Below are positions 46,596 through 55,772 of a stretch of DNA of 64,000 nt, one piece after another. A program made the position numbers and the translations under genes. Source of the DNA: an uncultured delta proteobacterium. Its GTDB lineage: Bacteria > Myxococcota > Myxococcia > Myxococcales > Myxococcaceae. Within the stretch, counting starts at the first letter, position 1. Every line of letters starts with the position of its first letter. Location: assembly GCA_963776345.1 (NCBI GenBank), contig CAVZMH010000003.1:96001-160000 (forward strand). Direction: 5' to 3'. Under the pieces are notes generated by a model that had not been told where the DNA came from, searched no databases, and was given only the letters and a program-made list of their open reading frames with translations.

Positions 46596-47441
46596 GTGGC
46601 CGCGCCGACTCACATCCGGACCGCCGTCGACCGTGGCGTCGGAACCCTCACCATCGACCGGCCGCAGCGCTTCAACTCGCTCGACGTCTCGACCGCGCGT
46701 GACCTCCGGAAGGCCGGCCTGCAGCTGGCGCGCGACCCGGCGGTCCGGGTGGTGGTGCTCCGCGGCGCGCCCGGCATCTTCTGCAGCGGCGCGGACCTCA
46801 AGTACATCCGCGCCGGCGGCGATCCGGCGGAGCTCGGCTACCTGACGCCTGGCGCCCGCCCGGTCCCGCTGGGCCCGGGGGAGATCTTCAAGCAGATCCT
46901 CGAGTACCTCCACGCCACCATCTCGGAGATCCGCCGGGCGCCCAAGCCGTTCATCGCCGCGGTGGACGGGGCGTGCGCCGCCGGAGGGCTCGGGCTCGCG
47001 ATGTCCTGCGACCTGGTCCTCGCCTCCGAGCGGGCCACCTTCGAGTGGGCGTACGCCAAGACGGGCCTCAGCGGCGCCGAGAGCTCGACCTTCTTCGTGC
47101 CCCGGCTGGCGGGGCTGCGCTTCGCCGCCGAGATGCTGCTCCTGAACCCCCGGCTCGATGCGGCAGCGGCGCGGAGCGCAGGCCTGGTGAACCGCGTCTT
47201 TCCGGTCCTGGCCTTCGACGCCGAGGTGGAAGCCGTGGCCCGGGGTGTCGCCGCGGGTCCCGCCGGAGCGTTCGCCGCCGCCAAGCAGCTGTTCAACGAC
47301 GCCGTGGGGGTGGACCGGCTGGACGTGCACCTCGACCGGGAGCTGGAGGCGCTGGTCCGGAGCGCGGACTCGCCGGAGTTCGCCGAGGGCATCGAGGCCT
47401 TCTTCGCCAGGCGGCCTCCGCGCTTTCCGGGAGCGGAGTGA
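46596..47441 (+). CDS. Enoyl-CoA hydratase/isomerase (crotonase) family protein
   Basis: LTIDRPQRFNSL, FCSGADL, PKPFIAAVDGACAAGG, EGIEAFFARRPPRF. Confidence 0.92.
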   Translation: MAAPTHIRTAVDRGVGTLTIDRPQRFNSLDVSTARDLRKAGLQLARDPAVRVVVLRGAPGIFCSGADLKYIRAGGDPAELGYLTPGARPVPLGPGEIFKQILEYLHATISEIRRAPKPFIAAVDGACAAGGLGLAMSCDLVLASERATFEWAYAKTGLSGAESSTFFVPRLAGLRFAAEMLLLNPRLDAAAARSAGLVNRVFPVLAFDAEVEAVARGVAAGPAGAFAAAKQLFNDAVGVDRLDVHLDRELEALVRSADSPEFAEGIEAFFARRPPRFPGAE

Positions 47442-47707
47442 CGGGTCGCGCGCGCTGTCCGCCCGGCCGATCGAGACCCGGCAGCAGTGCAGCGCGGCAT
47501 CACCTGAACTGATGCGATGGGTCCGCCCGGAAGTATCCATTCCGCGCAAGGGTTGCGTCCCTCCGGGACACTCACGCAGGTCCTGCCCCGCCTCCGCCTG
47601 GCTGTGCTCCGAGACCGACGAGGCTTGTCTCTTGCACGCCCCACCGGCGCCGCGGCGTCGAGCCTTCGAGATGAACGCTGGCCGTACGCCCGAGACGGAG
47701 GGCTGTC

Positions 47708-48844
47708 ATGGGGAGTCGCGAAGGCTGGCTGGCCGGAGAGCTCCGGCGCCGCGGAGTCAGTCGCCGGGAGTTGCTCTTGTTCTGCGCCGGGGTGGCGGGC
47801 ACGTTCGGGTTACCTGCCTCCGCTGCGACGCAGATCGCCAACGCGCTCACCAAGGCCAAGAAGCCCATCCTGGTGTGGCTCGAGTTCCAGGACTGCTGCG
47901 GCAACACCGAGTCGTTCCTGCGCTCGAGCGCGCCGACGGTGGCGGAGATCGTCCTCGACCTCCTCAGCGTGGACTACCACGAGACGATCATGGCCGCGGC
48001 GGGCTTCCAGGCCGAGGAGGCGCTGAAGGGCGTGGTGAAGGACAACGCCGGTCAGTTCATCGCGGTGGTGGAGGGGAGCATTCCCACCGGCGCTGACGGC
48101 GCGTACTGCACCATCGGCGGGCGCTCGGCGCTGGACATCGCCCGGGACGTCTGCGGCAAGGCGGCGGCCACCATCGCCGCCGGGACCTGCGCCACGTACG
48201 GCGGGCTCCCGGCCGCGTCGCCGAACCCCACCGGCGCGCTGGGTGTCGCCGACGCGGTCCCCGGGGTGAAGAACCTGATCAACCTCTCGGCCTGTCCGAT
48301 GAACGCCGCGAACCTGACGGCGCTGCTCACCTACTACCTGACCTACAAGCGCTGGCCGCCGCTCGACGGCTTCCGGCGGCCGCTGTTCGCCTACGGGAAG
48401 ACCATCCACGACAACTGCGAGCGCCGGGCGCACTTCGACGCCGGGCAGTACGTGGAGATGTGGGGGGACGACGCGCACCGGTCCGGCGCCTGCCTCTACA
48501 AGATGGGCTGCAAGGGGCCGGTGACCTTCCAGAACTGCCCCACCGTCCGCTGGAACGATGGGACCAACTGGCCCATCGGCTGCGGTCACCCGTGCATCGG
48601 CTGCGCCGAGCCGGACTTCTGGGACAAGATGACGCCTTTCTACAAGCACCTGCCCGCCGTGGCCGGGTTCGGCGCCGGCACGGGCGTAGACACCGTCGGC
48701 GCCTGGCTCACCGTGGGCACCGCGGCGGCGTACGCCGGGCACGGGGTGATCAAAGGCATCCAGAACGCCGGGAAGAAGAAGGAAAACGGCGCCGGTCCTC
48801 CCGGTGACAACGCCCCGGCCGGCAAGGCAGGGGGCGCGTCATGA
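47708..48844 (+). CDS. hyaA: Group 1 [NiFe]-hydrogenase small subunit (Tat-exported, C-terminal anchor)
   Basis: SRRELL Tat motif; DCCGNTES, GTCATYGG, SACP, HDNCERR, CLYKMGCKGP, GHPCIGC. Confidence 0.92.
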   Translation: MGSREGWLAGELRRRGVSRRELLLFCAGVAGTFGLPASAATQIANALTKAKKPILVWLEFQDCCGNTESFLRSSAPTVAEIVLDLLSVDYHETIMAAAGFQAEEALKGVVKDNAGQFIAVVEGSIPTGADGAYCTIGGRSALDIARDVCGKAAATIAAGTCATYGGLPAASPNPTGALGVADAVPGVKNLINLSACPMNAANLTALLTYYLTYKRWPPLDGFRRPLFAYGKTIHDNCERRAHFDAGQYVEMWGDDAHRSGACLYKMGCKGPVTFQNCPTVRWNDGTNWPIGCGHPCIGCAEPDFWDKMTPFYKHLPAVAGFGAGTGVDTVGAWLTVGTAAAYAGHGVIKGIQNAGKKKENGAGPPGDNAPAGKAGGAS

Positions 48845-50538
48845 GTCACGTGGTGGTGGATCCGGTCACCCGGATCGAAGGACATCTCCGGATCGAGGCA
48901 GAGGTCGATGGCGGTCAGGTGCAGGACGCCTGGTCGTCGAGCACGATGTTCAGAGGACTCGAGCTCATCCTCAAGGGTCGCGATCCACGCGACGCCTGGG
49001 CCTTCGCCCAGCGCATCTGCGGGGTGTGCACCACGGTGCACGCCATCGCTTCGATCCGAGCGGTGGAGAACGCGATCGGGGCCAAGCCTCCGCCCAATGC
49101 ACGGGTGCTTCGCAACCTCATCATGGCCTCGCAGTGCATCCAGGACCACGTCATCCACTTCTACCATCTGCACGCGCTGGACTGGGTGGATGTGGTCTCG
49201 GCGCTCAAGGCCGATCCGGAGAAGACCTCGGCACTGGCCCAGTCCATCTCCGACTGGCCGCTCTCCAGCACCAAGTACTTCACCGGGGTGAAGGGCCGGC
49301 TCAAGGACTTCGTGGACCGCGGCCAGCTCGGCCCCTTCGCCAACGCCTACTGGGGACACCCCGCCTACAAGCTGCCGCCGGAGGCCAACCTCATGGCGGT
49401 GGCCCACTACCTCGAGGCCCTGGAGTGGCAGCGCGACTTCATCAAGATGCACGCCTACCTCGGCGGCAAGAACCCCCACCTCCAGTCGTTCCTGGTGGGC
49501 GGCATGGCCACGCCGGTGGATCCCGACAAGCAGGCCTCGATCAACATGGGAACGGTGGCCCACCTCAAGGGGCTCACCGCCAGGGCGCGCGAGTTCGTCT
49601 CCAAGGTCTACCTCCCGGACGTGCTCGCGGTGGCCAGCTTCTACAAGGACTGGGCGGCGGTGGGCGGCGGAGTCGGCAACTACATGGTCTACGGCGAGTA
49701 CCCGGAGAGCGACGACGACAAGCCGACGCTCTTCCTGCCCTCCGGCGTCATCCGCAACAAGAACCTGGGCAAGGTCGAGCCGCTCGACGCGAGCAAGATC
49801 ACCGAGTCGGTGAAGCACAGCTGGTACGAGGACAGCGCGCAGCCGCTCCATCCCCGCGATGGCGAGACCCGGCCCAAGTACACCGGGCCCAAGCCTCCGT
49901 ACGAGCGGCTGGAGACGGCGGCCAAGTACAGCTGGCTGAAGTCGCCCCGCTACGGCGGCGAGCCGATGGAGGTCGGACCGCTCTCGCGGATGCTGGTGGC
50001 CTACGGCTCCGGCCACAAGCGGGTCCAGGAGCTGGTGGGCACGGTGCTCAAGTCGCTGGGGGTCGGCCCGGAGGCGCTCTTCTCGACGCTGGGGCGCATC
50101 GCCGCCCGCTGCGTGGAGACGGTGCTCCTGACGGAGAAGATCGACACCTGGATCGACGCCCTCGCGGCGAACATGGAGAAGGGCGACCTCCGGATCCACG
50201 ACACCGGGAAGTGGGACCCCTCGTCCTGGCCGAAGGAGGCCTTCGGCGCCGGGTTCCACGAGGCGCCCCGCGGCGCGCTCGGCCACTGGGTGCACATCAA
50301 GGACGGGGTCATCGCCAACTACCAGTGCATCGTGCCCAGCACCTGGAACGCCGGACCGCGCGACGGGGCGGAGAAGCGTGGACCCTACGAGGCAGCGCTG
50401 CTCAAGACCCCGGTGTTCGATCCAAAGCAGCCGCTGGAGATCCTCCGAACCGTCCACTCCTTCGACCCCTGCATGGCCTGCGGAGTCCACGTGGTGGACG
50501 TGGAACGGAGGGAACTGGCGAGCGTGAGGACGCCATGA
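48841..50538 (+). CDS. hyaB: Group 1 [NiFe]-hydrogenase large subunit
   Basis: DPVTRIEGH; L1 RICGVC; L2 DPCMACGVH with a cleavable C-terminal extension. Confidence 0.95.
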   Translation: MSHVVVDPVTRIEGHLRIEAEVDGGQVQDAWSSSTMFRGLELILKGRDPRDAWAFAQRICGVCTTVHAIASIRAVENAIGAKPPPNARVLRNLIMASQCIQDHVIHFYHLHALDWVDVVSALKADPEKTSALAQSISDWPLSSTKYFTGVKGRLKDFVDRGQLGPFANAYWGHPAYKLPPEANLMAVAHYLEALEWQRDFIKMHAYLGGKNPHLQSFLVGGMATPVDPDKQASINMGTVAHLKGLTARAREFVSKVYLPDVLAVASFYKDWAAVGGGVGNYMVYGEYPESDDDKPTLFLPSGVIRNKNLGKVEPLDASKITESVKHSWYEDSAQPLHPRDGETRPKYTGPKPPYERLETAAKYSWLKSPRYGGEPMEVGPLSRMLVAYGSGHKRVQELVGTVLKSLGVGPEALFSTLGRIAARCVETVLLTEKIDTWIDALAANMEKGDLRIHDTGKWDPSSWPKEAFGAGFHEAPRGALGHWVHIKDGVIANYQCIVPSTWNAGPRDGAEKRGPYEAALLKTPVFDPKQPLEILRTVHSFDPCMACGVHVVDVERRELASVRTP

Positions 50539-51302
50539 GAGCCATGGCCGCGCATCCGCCGGGGGAGCTCCATCCGGCGGTCAAGGGCACGCGCACCCGG
50601 GTCTACGTCTGGGACCTGGTGGTGCGGAACACACACTGGTTCATCGTCCTGAGCATGGCGATTCTCATCGCCACCGGCCTGTACATCGCCCATCCCTTCG
50701 GTTTCCCCGGGGGGACACCCAGCCCGCACTTCATGATGGGCTGGATACGGGTGGTGCACTTCTACGCCGCCATCTTCTTCACCCTGGCGGTGGTGGTGCG
50801 GATCATCTGGCTCTTCGTCTCGCCGGTGCTCTACGCCCGGTGGACCCAGTTCCTGCCCTGGCCCCGTTACCGGCGGCGCGAGCTGCTCACCACCCTCAAG
50901 TTCTACACCTTCTTCCGCGCCCGGCCGCCCGACGTCATCGGCCACAATCCGCTGGCCGGGCTCGCCTACACCGCGGTGTTCTGTCTCTACCTCCTGATGA
51001 TCGCCACGGGCCTGGCGCTGTACGCGGGCGAGGCCATCCCCGGCGCGTACATGAAGAGCTTCCAGTTCCTCCTCCCCTGGTTCGGAGGCCTGCAGACCGC
51101 CCGGTTCATCCACCACCTGGTGATGTGGGTGCTGATCCTCTTCGTGACGCTGCACCTGTACACCGGCGCGCTCACCTCGGCGCTGGAGGAGAACGGCGAG
51201 GTGGACTCGATCTTCTCCGGTTACAAGTTCGTGCACCACGCCGACGTGGAGAAGGAGCTCGCCGACGAGGCGGCCGAGCACGCGGGACGGCGCCGTGCCT
51301 GA
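50535..51302 (+). CDS. hyaC: Ni/Fe-hydrogenase b-type cytochrome subunit
   Basis: VWDLVVRNTHW, IRVVHF, GHNPLA, FIHHLVMW..LHLY. Confidence 0.92.
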   Translation: MRAMAAHPPGELHPAVKGTRTRVYVWDLVVRNTHWFIVLSMAILIATGLYIAHPFGFPGGTPSPHFMMGWIRVVHFYAAIFFTLAVVVRIIWLFVSPVLYARWTQFLPWPRYRRRELLTTLKFYTFFRARPPDVIGHNPLAGLAYTAVFCLYLLMIATGLALYAGEAIPGAYMKSFQFLLPWFGGLQTARFIHHLVMWVLILFVTLHLYTGALTSALEENGEVDSIFSGYKFVHHADVEKELADEAAEHAGRRRA

Positions 51303-51849
51303 TCGGCTGCTGGTGCTCGGCCTCGGCAACCCGCTCTGTCAGGACGACGGGGTGGGAGTGATGGCGGTGACGCGTCTGCTGGAAAGCTGGAGCCCAGGGC
51401 CCGGCGTGAGGGTGATGGAGGGAGGCACGCTCGGGCTCTGGTTGCTCCCGCTGCTCGAGTCCTACCGGACGGTGCTCCTGGTGGACGCCATCCGCGCCGA
51501 GGGCGAGCCGGGGACGCTGGTGCGCATCGAGGGCGAGGAGGTGGCCCGCGCCGCTGCCCATCGGCTCTCCGTGCACCAGGTGGGCGTGGGCGACCTGATG
51601 GACGCCGCGCAGCTCCGCGGGACCCTGCCGCCGAAGCTGACGCTCCTCGGGGTGGTGCCGGAGGCGGTCTCGCTGGGGCTCGGGCTCACGCCGCGCGTGG
51701 AGCGGGCGCTTCCGCTCCTGATGGACCGGGTGCTCGAGGCCTGCGCCGAGCTCGGACATCCGCTCCGGCCGAGGTCGGACGATGAAATCCTGGTGGGCGC
51801 TGACGATGGCCTGCGCCGGGTCCTGGGCATGCCCGTCGAGGTGCGCTGA
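51295..51849 (+). CDS. hyaD: Hydrogenase maturation protease
   Basis: LVLGLGNPLCQDDGVG, EGGTLG, VDAI, SVHQVG. Confidence 0.92.
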   Translation: MPDRLLVLGLGNPLCQDDGVGVMAVTRLLESWSPGPGVRVMEGGTLGLWLLPLLESYRTVLLVDAIRAEGEPGTLVRIEGEEVARAAAHRLSVHQVGVGDLMDAAQLRGTLPPKLTLLGVVPEAVSLGLGLTPRVERALPLLMDRVLEACAELGHPLRPRSDDEILVGADDGLRRVLGMPVEVR

Positions 51850-52195
51850 GGACGGCAGGACCGAGGACGTCCCGTACCAGCGGCTCCGGACGGCCGCGGT
51901 GCGGGCGAGGGGAGAGCAGCTCTACCGGGAGAACTGTGTCCTCTGCCACGGGGAGAAGGCCGACGGGCGGGGGGCGCGCAGCATGGGCCTCGACCGCACG
52001 CCCGCCAACTTCACCGACCCGGTGTGGAGCCAGCCCGAGAGCGCCTCGAGGGCATTCCAGGCGATCACCAGCGGAGTGCCCGGCTCGCCGATGCCCGCCT
52101 GGGGCACCGCGCTGAGCCCCGAGGACCGGTGGGCGCTGGTGGCCTACCTCATCTCGGTGAGCGAACGCACCGCTGGGGCGCCGCCCGGACGCTGA
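51782..52195 (+). CDS. Monoheme cytochrome c (possible lipoprotein; start uncertain)
   Basis: RGEQLYRENCVLCHG..MPAWG; overlaps hyaD by 68 nt. Confidence 0.8.
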   Translation: MKSWWALTMACAGSWACPSRCAEDGRTEDVPYQRLRTAAVRARGEQLYRENCVLCHGEKADGRGARSMGLDRTPANFTDPVWSQPESASRAFQAITSGVPGSPMPAWGTALSPEDRWALVAYLISVSERTAGAPPGR

Positions 52196-52282
52196 TCTCC
52201 CAGTGCGCGGCGCGTCCAGGCTCAGCCCCCCGCACCAGGGGGACGCCTGTGGAGCGGCGCGGGGGCGCCGCGTCGATGAGGC

Positions 52283-53197
52283 TCAGCCCCGGAGCTGCGC
52301 CAGCACGTCGGGGAGCCGGAGCTGCCCCGCGAGCGACTGGATCTGCCCCTGCACTTGAGGCAGCAGCGCCTGTGCCTCGCCCTGGAACCGGGTGAAGAGC
52401 GCACGCAGGTCCTCGGTGGAGAGCTTGCGCCCCTGGGCGTAGTACTGCCTGGCCGCGTGGCCGAGCGCGTAGGTCGAGGCGAAGGTCACCGCCGCGCCGG
52501 CGGCGAGCCCGGTCGCGCCGCCGAGCATCCCTCCAAGCAGCCCCGAGGCCACCCCCCCCAGCACCTTGCGCACCATCCCCTCGACCAGCTGCGCCGCCGC
52601 GCCGAGCCCGAAGGTGCCGGCCAGGTCCTTCACCTGGTTCGCGTCCAGCTGCTGGCCGTACCGCTGGCCCACCTCGTAGACCAGCCGCAGCTGCAGCGGG
52701 AGGATGGCCACGTTCGCCAGCCGCTCGGGGAGGAGCTCCAGCGCCGCGGTGACCATCGCCTGCTGGAGGATGCGCTGGTCGAGCACCGCGTCGGTGGTGC
52801 CGCTGGCCGGCGGGAGCGCGCCGGCGACCGGGGCCGCGGCGAGGAGCCGGAGCTGGTTCTCGAACTCGTGCGTCGCCGCCGGCGCGAGCCCGAGCGCCCC
52901 GTGCAGCGCGCTGAGGAAGGTCTGCTCGGCCCCGCTGGGCGCTCCGTCCACGCTGCACACCGCCAGGGCGACCTCGTAGGCCGTGCGCCGGGCCTCGGCG
53001 TCCGAGAGCGACGCCGCCAGCACCCCGATGCCCTGGCGCGCCGCCTGCGGTTGCTCGAGCGCCGTCGTCGCGGAGGGGACACCGAGCCGGGTGGCCACCG
53101 AAGCCAGCTCCCGTTGCTCGTCCGGGGAGATCTCTCCGTCCGCCATCGCTGCCATGAGCGCGAGCTGGGCGATGCGAGAAGCGTCGTCGGCATTCAT
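52283..53197 (-). CDS. TerB-like N-terminal domain plus DUF697-like membrane domain protein
   Basis: AMADGEISPDEQ, VCSVDG..EQTFL, ILPLQLRLVY..TYALG. Confidence 0.7.
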   Translation of the reverse strand: MNADDASRIAQLALMAAMADGEISPDEQRELASVATRLGVPSATTALEQPQAARQGIGVLAASLSDAEARRTAYEVALAVCSVDGAPSGAEQTFLSALHGALGLAPAATHEFENQLRLLAAAPVAGALPPASGTTDAVLDQRILQQAMVTAALELLPERLANVAILPLQLRLVYEVGQRYGQQLDANQVKDLAGTFGLGAAAQLVEGMVRKVLGGVASGLLGGMLGGATGLAAGAAVTFASTYALGHAARQYYAQGRKLSTEDLRALFTRFQGEAQALLPQVQGQIQSLAGQLRLPDVLAQLRG

Positions 53198-53360
53198 GAA
53201 ATGTCTTGTACCGGAACCCGGGCGCGCAGGGGATGGGGCGAGCGGCCATCCTCTCCGGAGGTCGACGCAGCCGGTGCGCGCTCCCCCCGGCGGGCGCCGG
53301 GGGGCGGAAGTCGGCCCCCGTCTTGCACCCTTCGGAGCGTAACGGGCGTGGAGGTGTCCA

Positions 53361-53753
53361 ATGGGCGCGATGGAGACGGTTCACCCGGTGAATGGCCCGG
53401 CGGGCTGGCTGGAGCGGCTGGCCTGGGCGGTGGGGGGGTCGGTCCAGGCGCAGGCGGTGTACGGGCAGCCGGTCGAGCGGGAGGGCATCACGATCGTCCC
53501 CGTGGCCCGCGTGGCCTACGGATTCGGCGGCGGGGGAGGACGGAACGCGCCGGCCGGCGCCGAGCACGATGAGGGCGGCGGCGGAGGTGCGCAGGTCCGG
53601 CCGGTCGGCTTCATCAGCCTGCGGGACGGCTCGGCCGAGTTCCGGAGCATTCCGGATCCGGCCGCCGAGGCACGCCGGATCTTCGCCCTGCTCGCCGGCA
53701 CGGGGCTCGGGGCCTGGTTGGTCTTCCGGGGAATCCGCAGCCTCTTCCGGTGA
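53361..53753 (+). CDS. GerW/YtfJ family protein
   Basis: VYGQPVEREGITIVPVARVAYGFGGGGG..GGGGGAQVRPVG. Confidence 0.8.
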   Translation: MGAMETVHPVNGPAGWLERLAWAVGGSVQAQAVYGQPVEREGITIVPVARVAYGFGGGGGRNAPAGAEHDEGGGGGAQVRPVGFISLRDGSAEFRSIPDPAAEARRIFALLAGTGLGAWLVFRGIRSLFR

Positions 53754-55717
53754 CCGCCGTGGACGGCCTGGACTCCGCCCGGGAGCGCCTGGTCAACACG
53801 CTCGCCGCGCGCGGCATCGTCGATCCGGAGGTCCTCCGGGCCTTCGGGGAGGTGCCACGGCATCGATTCCTCCCGGCGGCGATGGCCGAGTTCGCCTACC
53901 AGGACGTCCCGCTCCCCATCGCCGAGGGGCAGACCATCTCCCAGCCGTACGTGGTGGCCTGGATGACCGAGGCCGCCGGGGTGAAGCCGGGGAAGCGGGT
54001 GCTCGAGATCGGCACCGGCTCGGGGTACGCCGCCGCGGTGGCCTCGCGCATCGCCGCGGAGGTCTTCTCCGTCGAGCGCCACGGGGCCCTCGCCGAGGGC
54101 GCCCGCGCGCTGATCGCCGATCTGGGCTACCGGAACGTCCAGGTGCTGCACGCGGACGGAACCCGGGGCTGGCCGGAGCACGCGCCCTACGACGCCATCC
54201 TCGTCGCGGCCGGTGGGCCCTCGGTCCCGTCGGCCCTCCTGGACCAGCTCGCCCCGGGCGGCGCCCTGGTGATGCCGGTGGGCAGCGCCGACGCGCAGAC
54301 GCTGGTGCGGGTCCGACGGGGCCAGGACGGCGTGCTGGAGCGCGAGGATCTGGGCGACGTCCGCTTCGTTCCCCTGGTGGGCGAGCACGGCTGGGCGCCC
54401 GTGTCCCGGGCCTCGGAGCGGGGCGTGGTGACGCTGCTGGGCGAGTGCGCCGAGCCGCTCGAGGACGTGGAGTCGGTGGAGCTGGAGGGGCTGCTGGAGC
54501 GCATCGGCTCGGCGCGGGTGGTCCTCCTGGGCGAGGCCACCCACGGCACGCACGAGTTCTACCGGATGCGCGCCCGCATCAGCCGCGCCCTCGTCGAGCG
54601 GCATGGATTCCGGGCGATCGCCGTCGAGGCAGACTGGCCCGACGCCGCGCGGGTGGACCGCTACGCCCGCCACCTCCCTCCGGCCTCGGTGCCCTGGAAG
54701 GCGTTCTCGCGTTTCCCCACCTGGATGTGGCGGAACGAGGAGGTGCGGCGGTTCGCCGAGTGGCTCCGGGCGCACAACGGACGGGTGGAGCCGGAGCGCC
54801 GGGCAGGCTTCTACGGGCTCGACCTGTACAGCCTCTTCACCTCGGCGGACGCGGTGCTGCGCTACCTCGACCAGGTGGACCCCGAGGCGGCGCGGGTGGC
54901 CAGGGCCCGCTACGGATTGCTCACCCCGTGGCAGACCGACCCGGTCGCCTACGGACGGGCGGTGGTGACCGGGCGCTTCGAGAGCTGCGAGGCCGAGGTG
55001 GTGCAGGTGCTGGTCGATCTCCTGACCCGGAGGCTGGAGTACGAGGCGCGCGACGGCGAGCGCTTCTTCGATGCGGCGGAGAACGCCCGCGTGGTGGCGG
55101 ACGCCGAGGGCTACTACCGCGCGATGTACCGCGGCAACGTGGCCTCCTGGAACCTCCGGGATCGGCACATGGCCGACACGCTCTCGGCGCTGCTCGCCCA
55201 CCTCGGCCCCGACGCGCGGGTGGTGGTCTGGGCCCACAACTCGCACGTGGGCGACGCCACGGCCACCGACATGGGCGCGCAGGGGGAGCACACGCTCGGG
55301 CAGCTCTGCCGGGAGCGCCTGGGCCCGGAGATTCGCCTGGTCGGGTTCGGGACCGACCACGGGACGGTGGTCGCGGCCTCCAACTGGGGCGAGCCGCACG
55401 AGGTGAAGCGGGTGCGTCCGGCCAATCCGCGGAGCTACGAGGCGCTCTGCCACCAGGCGCAGATGCCCGGCTTCTTTCTGTCGCTCCGCCACCCGCGGCG
55501 CGAGGTGCTCCGGGACGAGCTGATGGCGCCCCGGCTCGAGCGGGCCATCGGCGTCATCTACCGGCCCGAGACCGAGCTGCAGAGCCACTACTTCCGCGCC
55601 AGCCTCCCCCGCCAGTTCGACGAGTGGATCTGGTTCGACCGGACGACGGCCCTGCAGCCGCTGGGCGGTGGTCCGCTGGAGCCGGGCCTGCCGGAGACGT
55701 ACCCTTTCGGCCTCTGA
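53750..55717 (+). CDS. pcm: Protein-L-isoaspartate O-methyltransferase fused to an erythromycin-esterase-like domain
   Basis: QTISQPY, VLEIGTGSGY, APYDAI, VRFVPL; then LLGEATHGTHEFY, EADWPDA, WAHNSH, ERAIGVIY. Confidence 0.88.
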   Translation: MTAVDGLDSARERLVNTLAARGIVDPEVLRAFGEVPRHRFLPAAMAEFAYQDVPLPIAEGQTISQPYVVAWMTEAAGVKPGKRVLEIGTGSGYAAAVASRIAAEVFSVERHGALAEGARALIADLGYRNVQVLHADGTRGWPEHAPYDAILVAAGGPSVPSALLDQLAPGGALVMPVGSADAQTLVRVRRGQDGVLEREDLGDVRFVPLVGEHGWAPVSRASERGVVTLLGECAEPLEDVESVELEGLLERIGSARVVLLGEATHGTHEFYRMRARISRALVERHGFRAIAVEADWPDAARVDRYARHLPPASVPWKAFSRFPTWMWRNEEVRRFAEWLRAHNGRVEPERRAGFYGLDLYSLFTSADAVLRYLDQVDPEAARVARARYGLLTPWQTDPVAYGRAVVTGRFESCEAEVVQVLVDLLTRRLEYEARDGERFFDAAENARVVADAEGYYRAMYRGNVASWNLRDRHMADTLSALLAHLGPDARVVVWAHNSHVGDATATDMGAQGEHTLGQLCRERLGPEIRLVGFGTDHGTVVAASNWGEPHEVKRVRPANPRSYEALCHQAQMPGFFLSLRHPRREVLRDELMAPRLERAIGVIYRPETELQSHYFRASLPRQFDEWIWFDRTTALQPLGGGPLEPGLPETYPFGL

Positions 55718-55772
55718 GCGGCTCTACCGCGAGACGAGCCCCGGCGCAGGCCCGCCGGGAAGGAGTAGACAG

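Noticed and set aside
54430..55717. Erythromycin resistance gene
   Set aside because: The esterase-like domain belongs to a broad family and is fused to PCM; the sequence alone does not support a resistance call.
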